Source: Camelus ferus (taxonomy: Eukaryota). Taken from it: DNA of 64,000 nt. A program made the translations under genes and the position numbers. The stretch lies in NCBI RefSeq assembly GCF_009834535.1, contig NC_045696.1, positions 54,624,001 through 54,688,000 on the forward strand, read 5' to 3'. Below the pieces are notes generated by a model. The model did not search any database. It saw nothing but the letters and a program-made list of their open reading frames with translations, and was not told the origin of the DNA. Below are positions 1 through 13,330 of the stretch, one piece after another. Every line of letters begins with the position of its first letter. Positions within the stretch are counted from its first letter, which is position 1.

Positions 1-972
1 AACATACCATAATTAAAATGGCAACACTTGAAGATAAAAAATGAATTCTAAAGGCAGGAAGAGTAAAACAAGAAATCATATATAAGGGAATACCCCTAAG
101 GTTAGCAGGTGATTTCTCCACAAACTTTGCAAGTCAAAAGGGAATGGCGTGGTGTATTCAAAGTGCTGAATGGGAAAAATCTTCAACCTAAGATATTCTA
201 CCCAGCAAGATTATCATTTATAATATAAGGAGAGATAAAGAACTTCTCAGACAAGCAAATATTAAGAGAGTTCATCAATACTAAACCTACCCTTAAAAGT
301 GTTAAAGGGTATTTTCTAAGTAGAAAAGAAGTAAGAATCCATAGGAAAGGAAATATCCCTCTAGGAAAGTCAAATACATAACAAGAACTTAGTATTTACC
401 ATCTATTAAAACCAGAATGAAGATTAAAAGACAAAAAACTGTAAAAGCAACTCAAACAACAATAAATAGTTAGGGATAAACATGAAGGTGTAAAACATGA
501 CATCAAAAAAACAAAATGTGGAGAGGAGTAAAAAATGTAGATTAAAATATGTTTGAACCTAAATGATTCAATTTAAAACAAGTAGATACAGTTATAGGTC
601 AACATATATGAACCCCATGGTAACCACGAATTAAAAAATTACAATACACAAAAACTAAAAAGAAAGGAAAACAATCATATTAATAAAGCAAATCATCAAA
701 CCACAAGGGAAGAAACAAAAAGAAGAAATGAACAAAGAAATACAAAAAAGAAATGAGTAATAAAATGGAAATAAGTACATACCTATCAATAATTACTTTA
801 AATGTCAATGGAATAAGTGCTTCCATCAAAAGGCCCAGGGCGACTGATTGTATTCAAAAACAATACTCATCTACTGCCTACAAGAGACTTACTTCAGAGC
901 TAAAGGCAGTGAGAGGATGAAACTGAGAGGATGGGAAAAGGCATTTCATGCAAACAGAAATGACGAGAAAGC
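1..972 (+). mobile_element. Degenerate L1: ORF1 C-terminus, inter-ORF region and start of ORF2 (endonuclease)
   Basis: Decayed translations match L1 ORF1p motifs (YKGIPLRLAGDFS, QPKIFYPARLSF, EIKNFSDKQILREFINTKP). The ORF2p N-terminus (MEISTYLSIITLNVNG...CLQETYF...GWEKAFHAN) starts at about 765. Stops and frameshifts are present. Confidence 0.93.
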
Positions 973-1789
973 CTTGCAGATGTTATCTGTTTTTTGAGAT
1001 TATGGGAATCATTACTAATAATTTCTTTCTGCTTCCCTATGTTTTCTAAATATTAATATATTTTTAAATAACTTGACTCAGATATGTAATAGAAAAGAAA
1101 TTTCAAAACAGCAAAAGCACTTCAGTTAAGGTGGATGGTGGGGTTGTACCTGATGTAAATGTTAAGAGGGTGGCTGCAGCAAAGGGTATAATGGACAGGG
1201 GAGGACTTGGAAATTTAGTTGGACAGCTGAAGCATGGACATATTTTTGAAAACCTTGAAAATCTGATTGAACCATTGATATTCTTGAATTGAACAGTGGT
1301 TTGCTGAATGCAAAGCTCTCCTTAGGTTAATATACAGCAGTAGAGCAGACAGACTGGGTTGAGTGATGGAGTGGAGGTATAGAAAAGAATTATTAATTCA
1401 ATCTACTAAATGCTTCTGGGAATGAAGTGACAATCAGAAACATTCTGAATTCTTCCTCTTGACAAAAGACATACCAGAGTATCTGCACAAATTCCCAAAG
1501 GAGAGTTCTGGAGAGATTTAATCAAGAACCAGTCAAGACGGTACAACCATGAAAGGGTGTCATCTGTAAGGAAAATTTAGGTTTTCCCTCTAATTTACAT
1601 TCGTCTGGTACAATATCTGATGATCAGAGTTCTTCTCCATTCTGTAATGTTACTCCAGTTGTTTCCGATCCTGCATGTTTCTCTAAGACAACAAGTATGC
1701 TTTTCTCTACTTAAGACACATTTCCAGTTTTTTATCTCTACCTGTCTAGACTTGGAATGTCTTTAAGACCTCATCTAATTAGTTTGCAG

Positions 1790-1965
1790 ATTTCAGACAT
1801 ATGTGATTTAAGGCATGGTTCACTCTTCACTTATTAAATGACCTCAAGCATATTATTTAGTCTCAGTTTCTCTTTAAGTAAGATGGAAATAGTTCTACCA
1901 TTTTTACAGGTAATCATAAGGATTAAACTAAATGACATTATGGGATGTATCTGATACATACTAGG
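1790..1965 (+). mobile_element. MIR SINE
   Basis: MIR core-like 'ctcagtttctctttaagtaagatggaaat' followed by 'aaggattaaactaaatg'. Confidence 0.7.
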
Positions 1966-3474
1966 GGCATGTATTTTTTTTTTCCTTCATCCCTCATTCC
2001 ATCTTCTAATACAAGAATGTGGGAGTTTCTAACAAAGGTAAGAGGAAGAATAGATTGGATTGATACCATAGGAGACCAAAGTTGTCACTTTTACTATTAC
2101 TGTTGTTTGTCTCTGTAATGGTTACTAAGCCACTCTATCAGTCAAGGGGATATAACTAAAATACTCAATTACAAAGTAGCTTCATTATTAGAAAACCAAT
2201 TCTTCTAACTTTGCCTACTGATAAAAGATATAAAATTTTCAAAGAACTTTTAAATCTGAAACTCTATAATGTGTAGTTTATACTGTCCATACTTCTTAGA
2301 AAGAAGACTTAATGACCTATAAATTAAGGTACTTTTCTCTGCTGTCCTTTCTTTGCTTGTTTTGTTTTCAGTACAAATGAGTAAAATTGGATCCATCCAC
2401 CTTGTCTGGCTCACACCCTATTGTGATGACGGACTTCCCATGTCGTTACTCGGATCAGACCAAGAACTCTGTGGCTACGAAATAGTCAATCAAATGATAC
2501 ATGAAGAAATAAAATGCATACTCTTGGCCTCAGTGGAACCACATATTAATTGAGTTCAACTGGCCACAGTGAATCCAAATGAGAAGTGTCCTAACTGTTT
2601 CAATGCCATGAAGAGTTTAAATGCAATGAAGCCTTAAAGATTGCTGCCAGACAGCGTAGTGAATTTTATCATATTTATTTTTCATGAGTTCTCCCCTGAC
2701 TGGCTTTGTAAAACATTCATCCCAATAAATGATTTAACGTGGCAGAAAAGTTGCAGGAAATTGATCTGAGCTCAACTTCAAACTTTACGAAGGCTCTCAA
2801 GTCTAATCGGGTTCCAGAGAGGATTCTGAGGTGGCAGGCGTTATGAGCAGAAAAGGGGAAAACACACTAGTAAAACATCCTGAAGACTAATGTGTCTTTC
2901 ATTTTAACACATGCCCATTCTGAATGCTCCTGCTTTGAAGGAAGGCCATTCACTTAAAATTTATTCTTCATTAGTGAAGATAACCTTTTAAACCCCATTA
3001 GCAGCTTCTTTCTCAGTCTAAGTGTAGAGAAGCCTCTGGGATTTGGGAGATACATAGCTTCTCTCGAGAAAGTGTGTTTTTAATAGTGAGCCAAGGCTCT
3101 ACTTCCACAAAAGCAAGATTCAGAATACTCCAGAAAGCCAACACTGACTCCCCAAGAACAAAAGTCTTAGGTTTAGAAAAACTGTCTAGTCTGTGAGAAT
3201 TAAAAGAAGACTAGCACCCAAAAGTCCTGGCTTTTCCTCACCTTTTACCAGGAATTCTATCCCAAGATGGCACCATGTTTTCATGGAGAAAGAAGGGATA
3301 ATTCTTGAAGTGGCTAAATACTCTTTCACTAAGGCCTCTGGAGCTCTGGATATAGAGAGATAAACAGTCTTAGAACTTGAGCTTGAAGAGAAGCAAACTC
3401 CTGCAGAACTGAGTGTGGAAAAATTGATACACACAGTGTAACAGGATCTATGGGATTTGGAAATCAGACATTGA

Positions 3475-3795
3475 TTTTTTTTTTAAATTGAAGTATAGTT
3501 GGTTTACAATGTTGTGTTAATTTCTGGTGTACAGCATAGTGATTCAGTTATATATGTATTTTTTTCTTTTCATATTCTTTTTCATTATAGGCTATTACAA
3601 GGCATTGAATATAGTTCTCTGTGCTATTTAGTAGGCCATTGCTGTTTCTCTATTTTGTACATAGTTAGTATCTGCAAATCCCAAACTCCTAATCTATCCC
3701 TCCACCCCCTTTTTCCCCCCTAGTAACCACAATTTTATTTTCTGTATCTGGGAGTCTGCTTCTGTTTTGTAAATAAGTTCATTTGTTTCATTTTC
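3475..3795 (-). mobile_element. 5'-truncated cetartiodactyl-type L1 3' end with TSD, inside a MIR-like relic
   Basis: Poly-T followed by 'aattgaagtatagttggtttacaatgttgtgttaatttctggtgtacagcatagtgattcag', typical of the L1 3'UTR read in reverse. Flanked by cagacattgattt (3465) and cagacatagattt (3796). Confidence 0.9.
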
Positions 3796-6700
3796 CAGAC
3801 ATAGATTTAAATGCCAGCTTTTCTACTTACATACTAAAGAAGTTATTATTTAACATCTATTTGGTACTCCAGCTTAAGTCCTATGCAGAAATACCTGGGA
3901 GTTGAGGTAAGGATAATGAATTGTGCTTAAAAAAATTTTTTCCACCTCTGATCTTCTCACAAGGTACCTCTGAGACCTCCTCTAATTTCTAAACTCTCAA
4001 ATATTTTACTGTTTTCCCCATAAAATGTAAAGTGACCCTTTCAGACCCTTAATGGAATCTGTGGAAATAATGGGGGACCATGAATTCATGCAGAAGTGTG
4101 GTCCTAGGTGATGGGCCAGTGATGGACTTCCATGTATCTCACTCCCAGCATGTGCTTCAACTCCTAGTCTTGGCAAAGTTATAAATTATTTATTGAAATC
4201 AGCCTTTGAGTTGTTCACAAATCTTTAAAACTTAAGCAATTCTAAGTATCTACTGTGCTTCAGAAGACATGTGTAGTAATAAAAACTAGTTTACTCTATC
4301 CCTCTATTTAGAATTTATCCCTGAATTGCATTCTGCTGGAATTTAGGCAACAAAGATTTAATGCCCTTTTGCAAAATCATTTGGGAGAAGGGATAAATGA
4401 ATCCTTAACAGAGGGGTAAACTACTCAGCATTCGTTTTGCTGACAGACATTTGGGATTTTCCACATGTGATTCTGAAGAGTTTATTTAGACTGTATCAGC
4501 AAATAGGGTAATCTCAATAGTGGATGCGTGATACTCGTAAGTGAATCCTAATGTCATCATTAATGCAGGTTCCCTCAGTAACTACCATGGGTGTGAAATC
4601 ACATTGAAGAAATTAGAGTCTTTATAAAGCCATGTGATTTCTTCATTTACTTGAGGGCAAAGGCAGAAAATGAAAAAAAAACCATGCATTTCCCCAATAT
4701 GGACTGTATTCACTTAAAATAATTACCCTGACATTTAATCCTTTACATAATTTTAGGAACCTGTGGACAAATTTAACTAATAGTTATCTGAACCTAGACC
4801 CCAGTTTCATCCCACTTTCACTATTAAGTGCTTTAGCTTTGATACTAGGGATATATATACACAAACTGTATACACAGTCCATTCTCATATACATCTTGGG
4901 CCTCACCTACACAGCTAGTTGTATGTGAATTTCCCTTACCTCTCTGAAATATCTCAGATGAGGGCAGTAAAGTAAGTCAAAGGTTCTTTTTCTTTCTGTT
5001 ACGCTTACATATTGAAAACAAATAGTGCGTCTATTTCATTGCATAGGCTATCTCTTGAATAACCAAATATTTCCTTTGCAACTTATCCAAACTTTTTTGT
5101 CCTTTTTCTTCAATCTATGTGCAATAATTCAGCTCCTGGTGACCACAGAGGTGCCCTTCTCCAGGGACGCACAGATACAGTAGTAGAACAATGCGGTAAT
5201 GGTAAGCACCACGTGCCAGATCCTCTGGAGGTTTATGGTGATAACACTACTGGCTGAGCTTGTGCTGCTGCAAGAGTTATGGCCATGAGATCTGCACAAC
5301 CCACTAAGATAACAGCCTTGAGTCTGCTGCAGTCAAGCCAACGAGAGCTTTTGGAAAAGTAAGGACGTATTCATTCTGCCAAGCCTTCAACATGATCCCT
5401 GTGAACCTACATTATCAACTACAGGCGTTAGTAGTTCTTTGGCATAGAAACAGCTAGAATTTAGGCAGCACCATAGTCCAAATGGACTGGACTTGTTAAA
5501 GGTAAACACTCCCTCTTGTTTCACCTGAGGCTCTCACTATCCTGCCTCTTTATTTCTATTCCCCTACCTGCAACCCTCTTTTATTTTCCTGTAAAACCAC
5601 AGCTTTCCCCTCTCTCACTCTACCGTACTGTCTCCCTCACACGCCTCTGACTTCAATCATTACCTTCTCACTTCTTCCTTCCCCTTCTCAACATGTGCCT
5701 CATGCTCTTCCTCTAAGTATTTTAAAGTAGTATGTTCATTTTTTAAGTCATGCCTATTCCAAAGCTCATTTACAATGCTTTAGAGGCTTCAAAATACTTC
5801 CTCTTCCCGTAATAAATCTGATTCTGAACACAATACTATGATGTTGATAACAAGAGATGTTGTCTTCTTTATGTAAATGAAGATACAGGTTCAGACAGAT
5901 TAATTCTGCCCAAGTTTCCCTAGTGTGTGGTGCTTGATCTGGAATTAGAGCCCTAGGCCCCTTGCTTCTACCTTATCTCAGCTGCCCATCTCTCGCCCTC
6001 TCTGACCACCAGGGCTGGGCATCAAATCTCCTAAAATGTAAGAAAATGCACACACTAGAAAAAGCAGACTATGTCTTTAAGACAGTTTGCCCTGCTAATG
6101 GCAGAGCTGCAGAAAACTATCGACTAATCCTCTGAGCCTTGGAACTTGTGGGATGTGCTGCAAAATACATCTTAATTAACCGCAGAATCAAGAGATCAAT
6201 GCAAGCCATTAAAAGTGCAGTGATGCACCAAGTACAGTGCATTGTGGGAAAGCAGGTACATCCACAGTGCTCCCTCCAAAATGCAGATATGCACCAAGAA
6301 CACTTATCTAGCCTGGAGATCACACTGTAAGAAGCTGAGAGCAGTCTCACTTCAACAGCAGGGGAGAGGCATGGCATCAATTTCTTTTTTTAATGACTGA
6401 CTGAAACATTTTAATGTCTGCATGTTATTTGACATAAATGTACATCCTATAATAATGAACCTGGATTATGTAAACAATTACCTGTGATCTTCTGTAACTA
6501 CTTTCCCACCCTGGAGTTAACCTTTCATTTTTAAGGTTTAGCTGATCTCTAACGTTCTCTACAGTTTCAACTGATATACACAGAAAATGAACTACATAAT
6601 CAAGTAGTTTCACATGTAAAAACTGCCTTCACATGAAAGTGATTCTTTTTAATATTTCTGACTTATTTTTTAAAAGTAGGTTTGATTAGTGGATCTTCAA

Positions 6701-7704
6701 AATCACTTACTGAAATCAGCTGTTAATTTCCTCATATTTTATGCTTCATTTCTAGGAGAAAATGATAAGAAAATTGATCATCAAGGCAAAATCTAACGCC
6801 CAGATGAGTCCAAAATGAAGTATAGTGTTGTAATCTATTTCACACAGAAGATAGGACCCTCTTCTTACAAACACTGTGATGTACTATCTGCTACACCAAT
6901 CATACTCCATTCTGGAAATCTTTCTGTAATCTTTCTATAACGTTCTAGACTGCATTTGTGCCAATGACTACATTCCATGAAAGTTTATCAATCCAGAAAA
7001 TCTTTTTCTATCACAATAAATAAATGCAAATAAATTCCCTTCTGGCCACAGCCATGAAGGAAAACACTGGCATGAAATGCTAAAGCCTAGTTTTAGTACG
7101 CGTACTTCTAACACGTCATATAGCTTTTCCAGAACTTTCCAGTGGATTGAAAGACAACTGCAAAAAGGCATTTTTCTGAGCATTATATTAAATTGATGTA
7201 CAAACTGATGTACATATTGATGTTTAATCTAAGGATGCAAAACCCCCTGGAGTTAATAGAAGGATCTTCATTAAGAAAACGTATTTTTGTAAAATACTAA
7301 TTTTAACAGATTTGGGGGGGGGTGTGAATGAGTAGGTACAGGATAATAGTCATAATGATTTGGAGTCTGGACATTTTATCTGGACAAACCATTACAAAAA
7401 GCAAGGGCAAGTAAAGAAGCAGAGAGGAGGTTTTTTACTGGTTATCTATATACTATCTTGAATCACGTGGTGGGTTTAGTTGTTTACTTATTGATTAGTT
7501 ACTGCATTTCCTTTCAGCACTTACACAAAACACCTTGATCTATAAAATCAGGTTACTCATCTTCCAAGAGAATTCATTTATTATATTTCAAGCTTGTTTC
7601 TAAAAATGCTTGAAGCTAAACTATCCTGTTTATTAAAATAATAGAGACAAATATTTGCAGGTAATTTTGTTTCAAGACAGACAAAATACAACAACTCTTA
7701 TAAA

Positions 7705-7930
7705 ATAACTACTTTTTATTGAGTATTCACCATGTACTGTTTGATTTTCTCAGTGTTTTACATATATTAGTCTGTTTAATCCCCACAGCAACTCTTTTAG
7801 GTAAATACTATTATTACCCCCTTTTTATAACTGAGGAAAGAGCCCCAGAGAGGTTTAAGTAGCAGAACTGCATCTAAACTCAGGGAACCCAGTTCCACAG
7901 TCTGTTTTAACCACAAAACAACATGGCCTC
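7705..7930 (-). mobile_element. MIR SINE
   Basis: 'tttattgagtattcaccatgt...tttaatccccacagcaactc...attattacccccttttataactgaggaaagagccccagagaggttt'. Confidence 0.8.
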
Positions 7931-8359
7931 TCTCTTACCTAGTTTTCTAAGCTCCGTATTTTAGAGTTCAAAAGTACCCATTGGTGCCACCAAAAATTTA
8001 TGATCTTCAATCTCAGTGGAGCCCCTTGCGTGCTCTCCCATCCTGGTGTGGTCACCCATTTTCACTCTCACAAGGCTATTCTAAATTACCGACTTTCCTA
8101 TGTCCTCCACATCCCTTCCGCCCTAAACCTGCATTTTTAGAAGAATTCATACTTTTCAGAGAAAACTGTTATCACCAGCATGAACAATCTCAACTAGTTC
8201 CTATTTTTGCAGACAATCACCTCTGAGGAAAAGGAAACTTTATTGTAAATGTTCAGTAAGTTTCCACCGGGATCCTCGCTGTGAAAATCTCCTTTCTCTT
8301 CTGGGACCCTGCTCTTTCGGTTACCTTTTCTAGTTCCTAAATGTTCAGTCTTCCTCTTC

Positions 8360-10170
8360 CTAAAGCCTCAGTATCCTCCCATCACGCACATGATTCTCTC
8401 CGCAGTTCCCCTTTCTGATGTAGATCCTTCTTCTCCTTCTTAGCCAAGTCCCTCAAAATATCGTTGCTACTTACTGACCCTACTATTTCCCTATATGAAA
8501 ATTGTATTCTGTGTCTTTTGTTTTCTACTTCTTTCCCATCACTGGTAAAGGTCATAGATTATGTCATAATTACCAAATCCAGTGTATTCTTCCTCACTTT
8601 ATTTCCACCATGCGAAACTCACCACTTTAAATTTCAGGGCAACTGTTCTCTTCCAGCTACGCTCTTTACTCCCTGACCCCTCCCTTCTCAGCCTTGTTAA
8701 TACATGGCTTCCCTCTGACGAACATTTAAATGTAGACATTCCAGAATGTTATGTTTTACCTCTACCATCCCTCTAAACATTCTTTTCATTAGACTGAACT
8801 CTCTCTCTTGTGTCCCTGACCCCTATATCTGACTGCTTACTACCTACTGAGGTTACTCCTTCCTGACACTTAAACTCAATATGCCTTGTGGTGGCCAGCC
8901 TCCAAGACAGTCCAACTGTTCCATGTCTCCTAGTTCACACTCTCTTGACATCCTCTCCCAATGTTAAATTGCGCTGACCTATGTAACCACTGGGATTTTG
9001 CAGAAATGGCATGTGTGGCATATGAGGCTGAATCGTAAAACACATTGTGGCATCTTCTTTGATGTCCCTTGGATCACCTGCTCTGAGAGAAGCCAACTAT
9101 TGTGTCACAAGGACACTTAAGCAGACCTACGGAGAAACCTCTGTGACACTAGCCACCTGCCAGTAGCCATGTAAGTGAATCATCATCATCAAAAAAGATC
9201 ATCTAGCTTCAGACCTTCAGGTGGCCACAATCCTATCCAACTTCTTCAAGCAACCTCATGAAAGATCCTGAGTCATAACCACTCATCTAAGCTGCTCCCA
9301 AATTCCTGACACAAAGAAAATGTGAGACAATATAGGCTTGTTACTTTAAGCTGTCAAATTTAAGAGTAATTTGTTATACAGCAAATAGAACTCTTTCTCA
9401 ACACTTTCCACTGCATGTATTCCTTTTTTCAATTATTGACAATACTACCCACTAAATTATCCAAACCACATAACTAATGATGTCACCAATTTATCTTCTT
9501 CCTTCCCCATTGTCCCTCATCTCCAATTAAGTTCCAAGTTTTCTCTTGTCTCTCTCCATTATAAATCTCTTGCATCTCTCCTTCTTATTAATAACCCTGT
9601 GTAGTCCTGCCTTCTACATTTCCCTTCTAGATTACATCAGGAGACCACCTGCAATATCTTTAGTTTATCCTTCATTCTCTCTAAATAAAACCATCAGATA
9701 ATAGTCTCCAAAATCAGAGACTTTAATGGTGCCCCACATGGTCTAAGGCCACTTGTATGTAAACTTATCTCTTACCATGATCTACTAAACCTGATTTTTT
9801 AGGTCCCACACTATTCTGTGCTTTTGAAAGTTTCTCTGTGAGAATGACTTGCTTCTCCTTTTCTCTATTCTCCTGTTTGATCAGGCAATCTTGATTTTGA
9901 CAACTAAATTGAAGACTCACCCCTTTAAACAATATTGCCATGTATAATTGACAACTCCTCTCTTACAACTACTACTGTGTCCTCTATACAATTCCATCAG
10001 TGTGCTTAAAAACGTTTTTGACATTTATTTATTAGCTTATAAGGTCTGCCTTTCAGTAAACTAAAAACTCATGGCAGATGTAGATTATGTCAAAGATCTT
10101 TGTATCTTCAAGGCATGGAAGAGGTCTTGGCATACACTGGATGCTCCACAATTGCTTGAATAAATAAATC
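8360..10170 (+). mobile_element. L2 LINE fragment(s), interrupted by an MLT1 LTR
   Basis: C/T-rich L2-like body ('acacttaaactcaatatgcc') resumes after the LTR and ends in an L2 tail-like 'tgcttgaataaataaat'. Confidence 0.65.
8887..9390 (+). mobile_element. MaLR solo LTR, MLT1F-like
   Basis: Starts 'tgtggtggccagcctccaag'. Ends 'ctaagctgctcccaaattcctgacacaaagaaaatgtgagac...tttaagctgtcaaatttaagagtaatttgttatacagcaaatag', the MLT1 3' consensus. Confidence 0.88.
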
Positions 10171-11244
10171 AGTCTTGACCAGTTCATTTCAAACTAAATG
10201 ATTAGCATTCCAACAAATATAAACAAATGAATATAATAAATGTAAAGGAACTTCTACTCACCAAGTACAGACATCCTCTTAATTCAACAGGAAGTTTTAT
10301 TCAAGTTAATCTCCATAAGAATAAGTAGGATAAAAGATCTGTTTTCAGCTACTTTACAATGGCTGTGCAAAAGATACCTAGAAATGCTTGTCCCCCTGTG
10401 TTCATACCATTAAGATGGCCTGGGAAGTATAAAATATGCAAACTATTTCAGTTCAGTTCTCTAATGCTGTGTGGAATTACTCAGAAGAGAAACTAGTAAT
10501 ATGGAAATAACTGGGTAGCCTTGAGTCTTTACAGACAATTACACTCTTAATATTGTCCCACATATTCATGCTTGACCATTCATGTTCTTTCAAGAAATAC
10601 ATTACTGCCAGCCAGAGCAATATTAAATCACTGACCCCCTAGGAGTTCAGTCATGTTTTAACAGTATCTCTGGCAATAGCTTCTACCTGAGGTCTCACAT
10701 AAACTTAATACCAAAACTGCCCATTGTAAGATTTTCAGAATAGCGCTAATCAAATTAACAACAGTGGGAAGGCTTGTGCTATCATTTGTGAAAATGCATT
10801 TTTAAGATAGTACTTGTTTTAGCTACTCATATATTGAAAGTAAAAATGTTATAGCTGTTATTAAAGTATATTTTTTAATAAGGGAACTGGAGATGGCATT
10901 CTAAACATTTTTTCCTCAAGAGAAAAAAAAAGTGTTTGAATCTTTTTTCACCCGCCAGTGAGAACAGGAAATCTGCTTCTCTCTTAATTGAAAATATTTT
11001 TTTTTGTGATTTAGATATTTTGATAATGAGTGAATACTATGAAATGAAGGAAAGGGATAAACTAAGTTCTGAACAATTCATTAAGGGGTTCTGTGGGGGG
11101 GTAGGTACAACCACAAGGCTTTATATAAAAATGAAACCTAGAAAAATGCAATAGTTTATTAGGGGTGGGAGAGAAGGATGTGGCTCAGGAACAAAAAGCT
11201 TGGTTCTAAGAGAAAGAAAATAACAGAAGTCGATAAACCTGCTT

Positions 11245-11345
11245 GAGGATTTGCTCATTTAATCCTCACTAAGAGGCAAGATCACTTATTATCCTCATTT
11301 TATAGGTGAGAATACTGAGGTTTAGATCTAGCAGGTAACTGGAAC
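11245..11345 (-). mobile_element. MIR SINE fragment
   Basis: 'ctcatttaatcctcac...attatcctcattttataggtgagaatactgagg'. Confidence 0.75.
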
Positions 11346-13084
11346 AGGACCAAGCATGCAACCATGGATTTCAGCAGTTTTCAATGGCTAACAGCAGTCT
11401 TCGGTTGTGCATAATGATTAATGCTGCAAACAAATGCGTGTTTCCAACTGGGTCATGATGTTGCATTGGCAATGTGAAGAAAGCCACAATAAAGTTTATG
11501 TCTTCTGAGAAACTCAAAGTAAACATAACCAAGTAATACTTCTCAGAGCCTAAAAAAGTCTCTCATCTCTCTGATTGGAAGAATCTTCCAGAACGTTAGA
11601 AATATATTTTAATACTGTCATCCTGGACTTTTTACACATGCCTCAACATTGCTATGTTTTTTTAACTTACTGTCCCAGCAGAGCAATAGAGTAGTGTCTT
11701 TTGACCAGGCAAACTGAAAGACATCAACTTAAGCAAGGACCTGAGGGTTGCCTTAAGTCCAAGTAGACAAGCAGAGCCAATAATCCTGGAGGTCACCGGA
11801 AGGAAGAACTCATCAGGAAAAGTAATTAGTGTGTTCTTAATGAACAGAGTAGTTGCGTAACGTGAGATGGTTTGCTCTTAATCTCTCACTGTATGTGGGC
11901 AGCTCTATACAAATCTGTGTTCATTAAAACCAGGGCTTATTTCACAATGCAAAGTGGGTAACACGTATGAGAGAGCCAAAGCAAGCCCAATCTCTTCAAT
12001 GCCAGACAGAGTGGAAGTGGTGTATCTCTCACTTTTTTTTTTTTTTTACTGTACATGTGGTTCAAGTCCTCTAAGTGGCTCCTTTGACAGCTATATGGTA
12101 TGTAGCGTCTAATATACTCTTTCCACACATATTTTAGCACTCCCCTTCTCAGTGCTCCCATCACACAGTTGTACCACTAAAGGTTCACCCATAGAAGAGC
12201 CTGGGTCATGGCCAGGGCCACAGGTACATGGAGTCTAGGCAAAGCTGGGGAGTTGGAGGTCAATACACTATTAATCCCAATAAAACCCCAGATCTAAAAA
12301 GTAACCTGGTATACATGTCTAAAGTACAAATTTCTCTTTTTTCCCCTTTTCCCCTCAGATCTCTAGATGATTCTGGGAACCACCTCATGAAATATGTGTG
12401 TAGGGGCAACTTGTTAGAGATGTGAGAGTAGGAAACTCCAACAGATAACTCTCTCACGGGCATCTTTAGTGCTGTACTCTTTGTGCTGCAATCTTCTTAT
12501 TTTTCTTTATAAGCATTCAGGATGCTGTTTGGGAGACAGCTCTTAAGGCTAATGATGCCAGGAAAAGCTAGTCTTCTGTGTTTAAGTTCTTCTTATGAAA
12601 AAGACCCAGGAGAGTGATAAAGAATGTTTTTCTTTGGCCCCCAGGAGGCCATGTTACTGAAACCCTCTCAGACATAAAGGGAGAATGAGAAGTGTTTTAA
12701 GAGTCTAAGTACATACATCCCATGATGGGATGGCTGTACCTTGGGAGGGAAATGACAAAGACTCTTGATTTTTCTAAGCGTATCACATTAGAACAGTACT
12801 TAAGCAATGACTCCTCTGTGAGGCACTTGAAAAGACTTGAAAATATAGGCTCTGCCCTCAGAGAATACATAGTCTACTTAGGTACTGAGATATTTATTGG
12901 AAAATTGAGATAAATAGCATTTAAATTCTCTTCCAACACAAAGGTTCTATGTGATTTTATTCCTTAATTTAAAAAAATGTAAAATAATTTAAAACTAATT
13001 CCCACTTAAAGGAAAAAGGGCAAAAAGCTGTTAACATTTTGATAAATCCTATTGAATATTTCTTTCCTAACAGTAAGGGTAATG

Positions 13085-13330
13085 GTTATACTATTTGCAT
13101 GTTTACTATAAACCAGACATTAAACATTTTGATACTCATGATCTCTCTTGATGTTCATGATAATCTTATGAGGTAAGTTCAATTGCTCCCCTATTTTACA
13201 AATCAGAAAATTGAAGCACAGAAAAATTAAGTCACTTACAGTTATACAACTGATTAGAGGGGTATCTAGAATTAAAACTTTTGCAGCGTGACTCTAAAGC
13301 CCATATCCTCAAAACTTGTGCGACATGACC
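13085..13330 (-). mobile_element. MIR SINE
   Basis: 'cttatgaggtaag...ccctattttacaaatcagaaaattgaagcacagaaaaattaagtcactt...tgactctaaagccc'. Confidence 0.78.

Noticed and set aside
3242..3345. Minus-strand exon-like segments (also 11668-11710 and 31298-31317)
   Set aside because: Splice signals are only moderate, lengths are not frame-preserving, and the peptides are unrecognised; pseudoexon background level.
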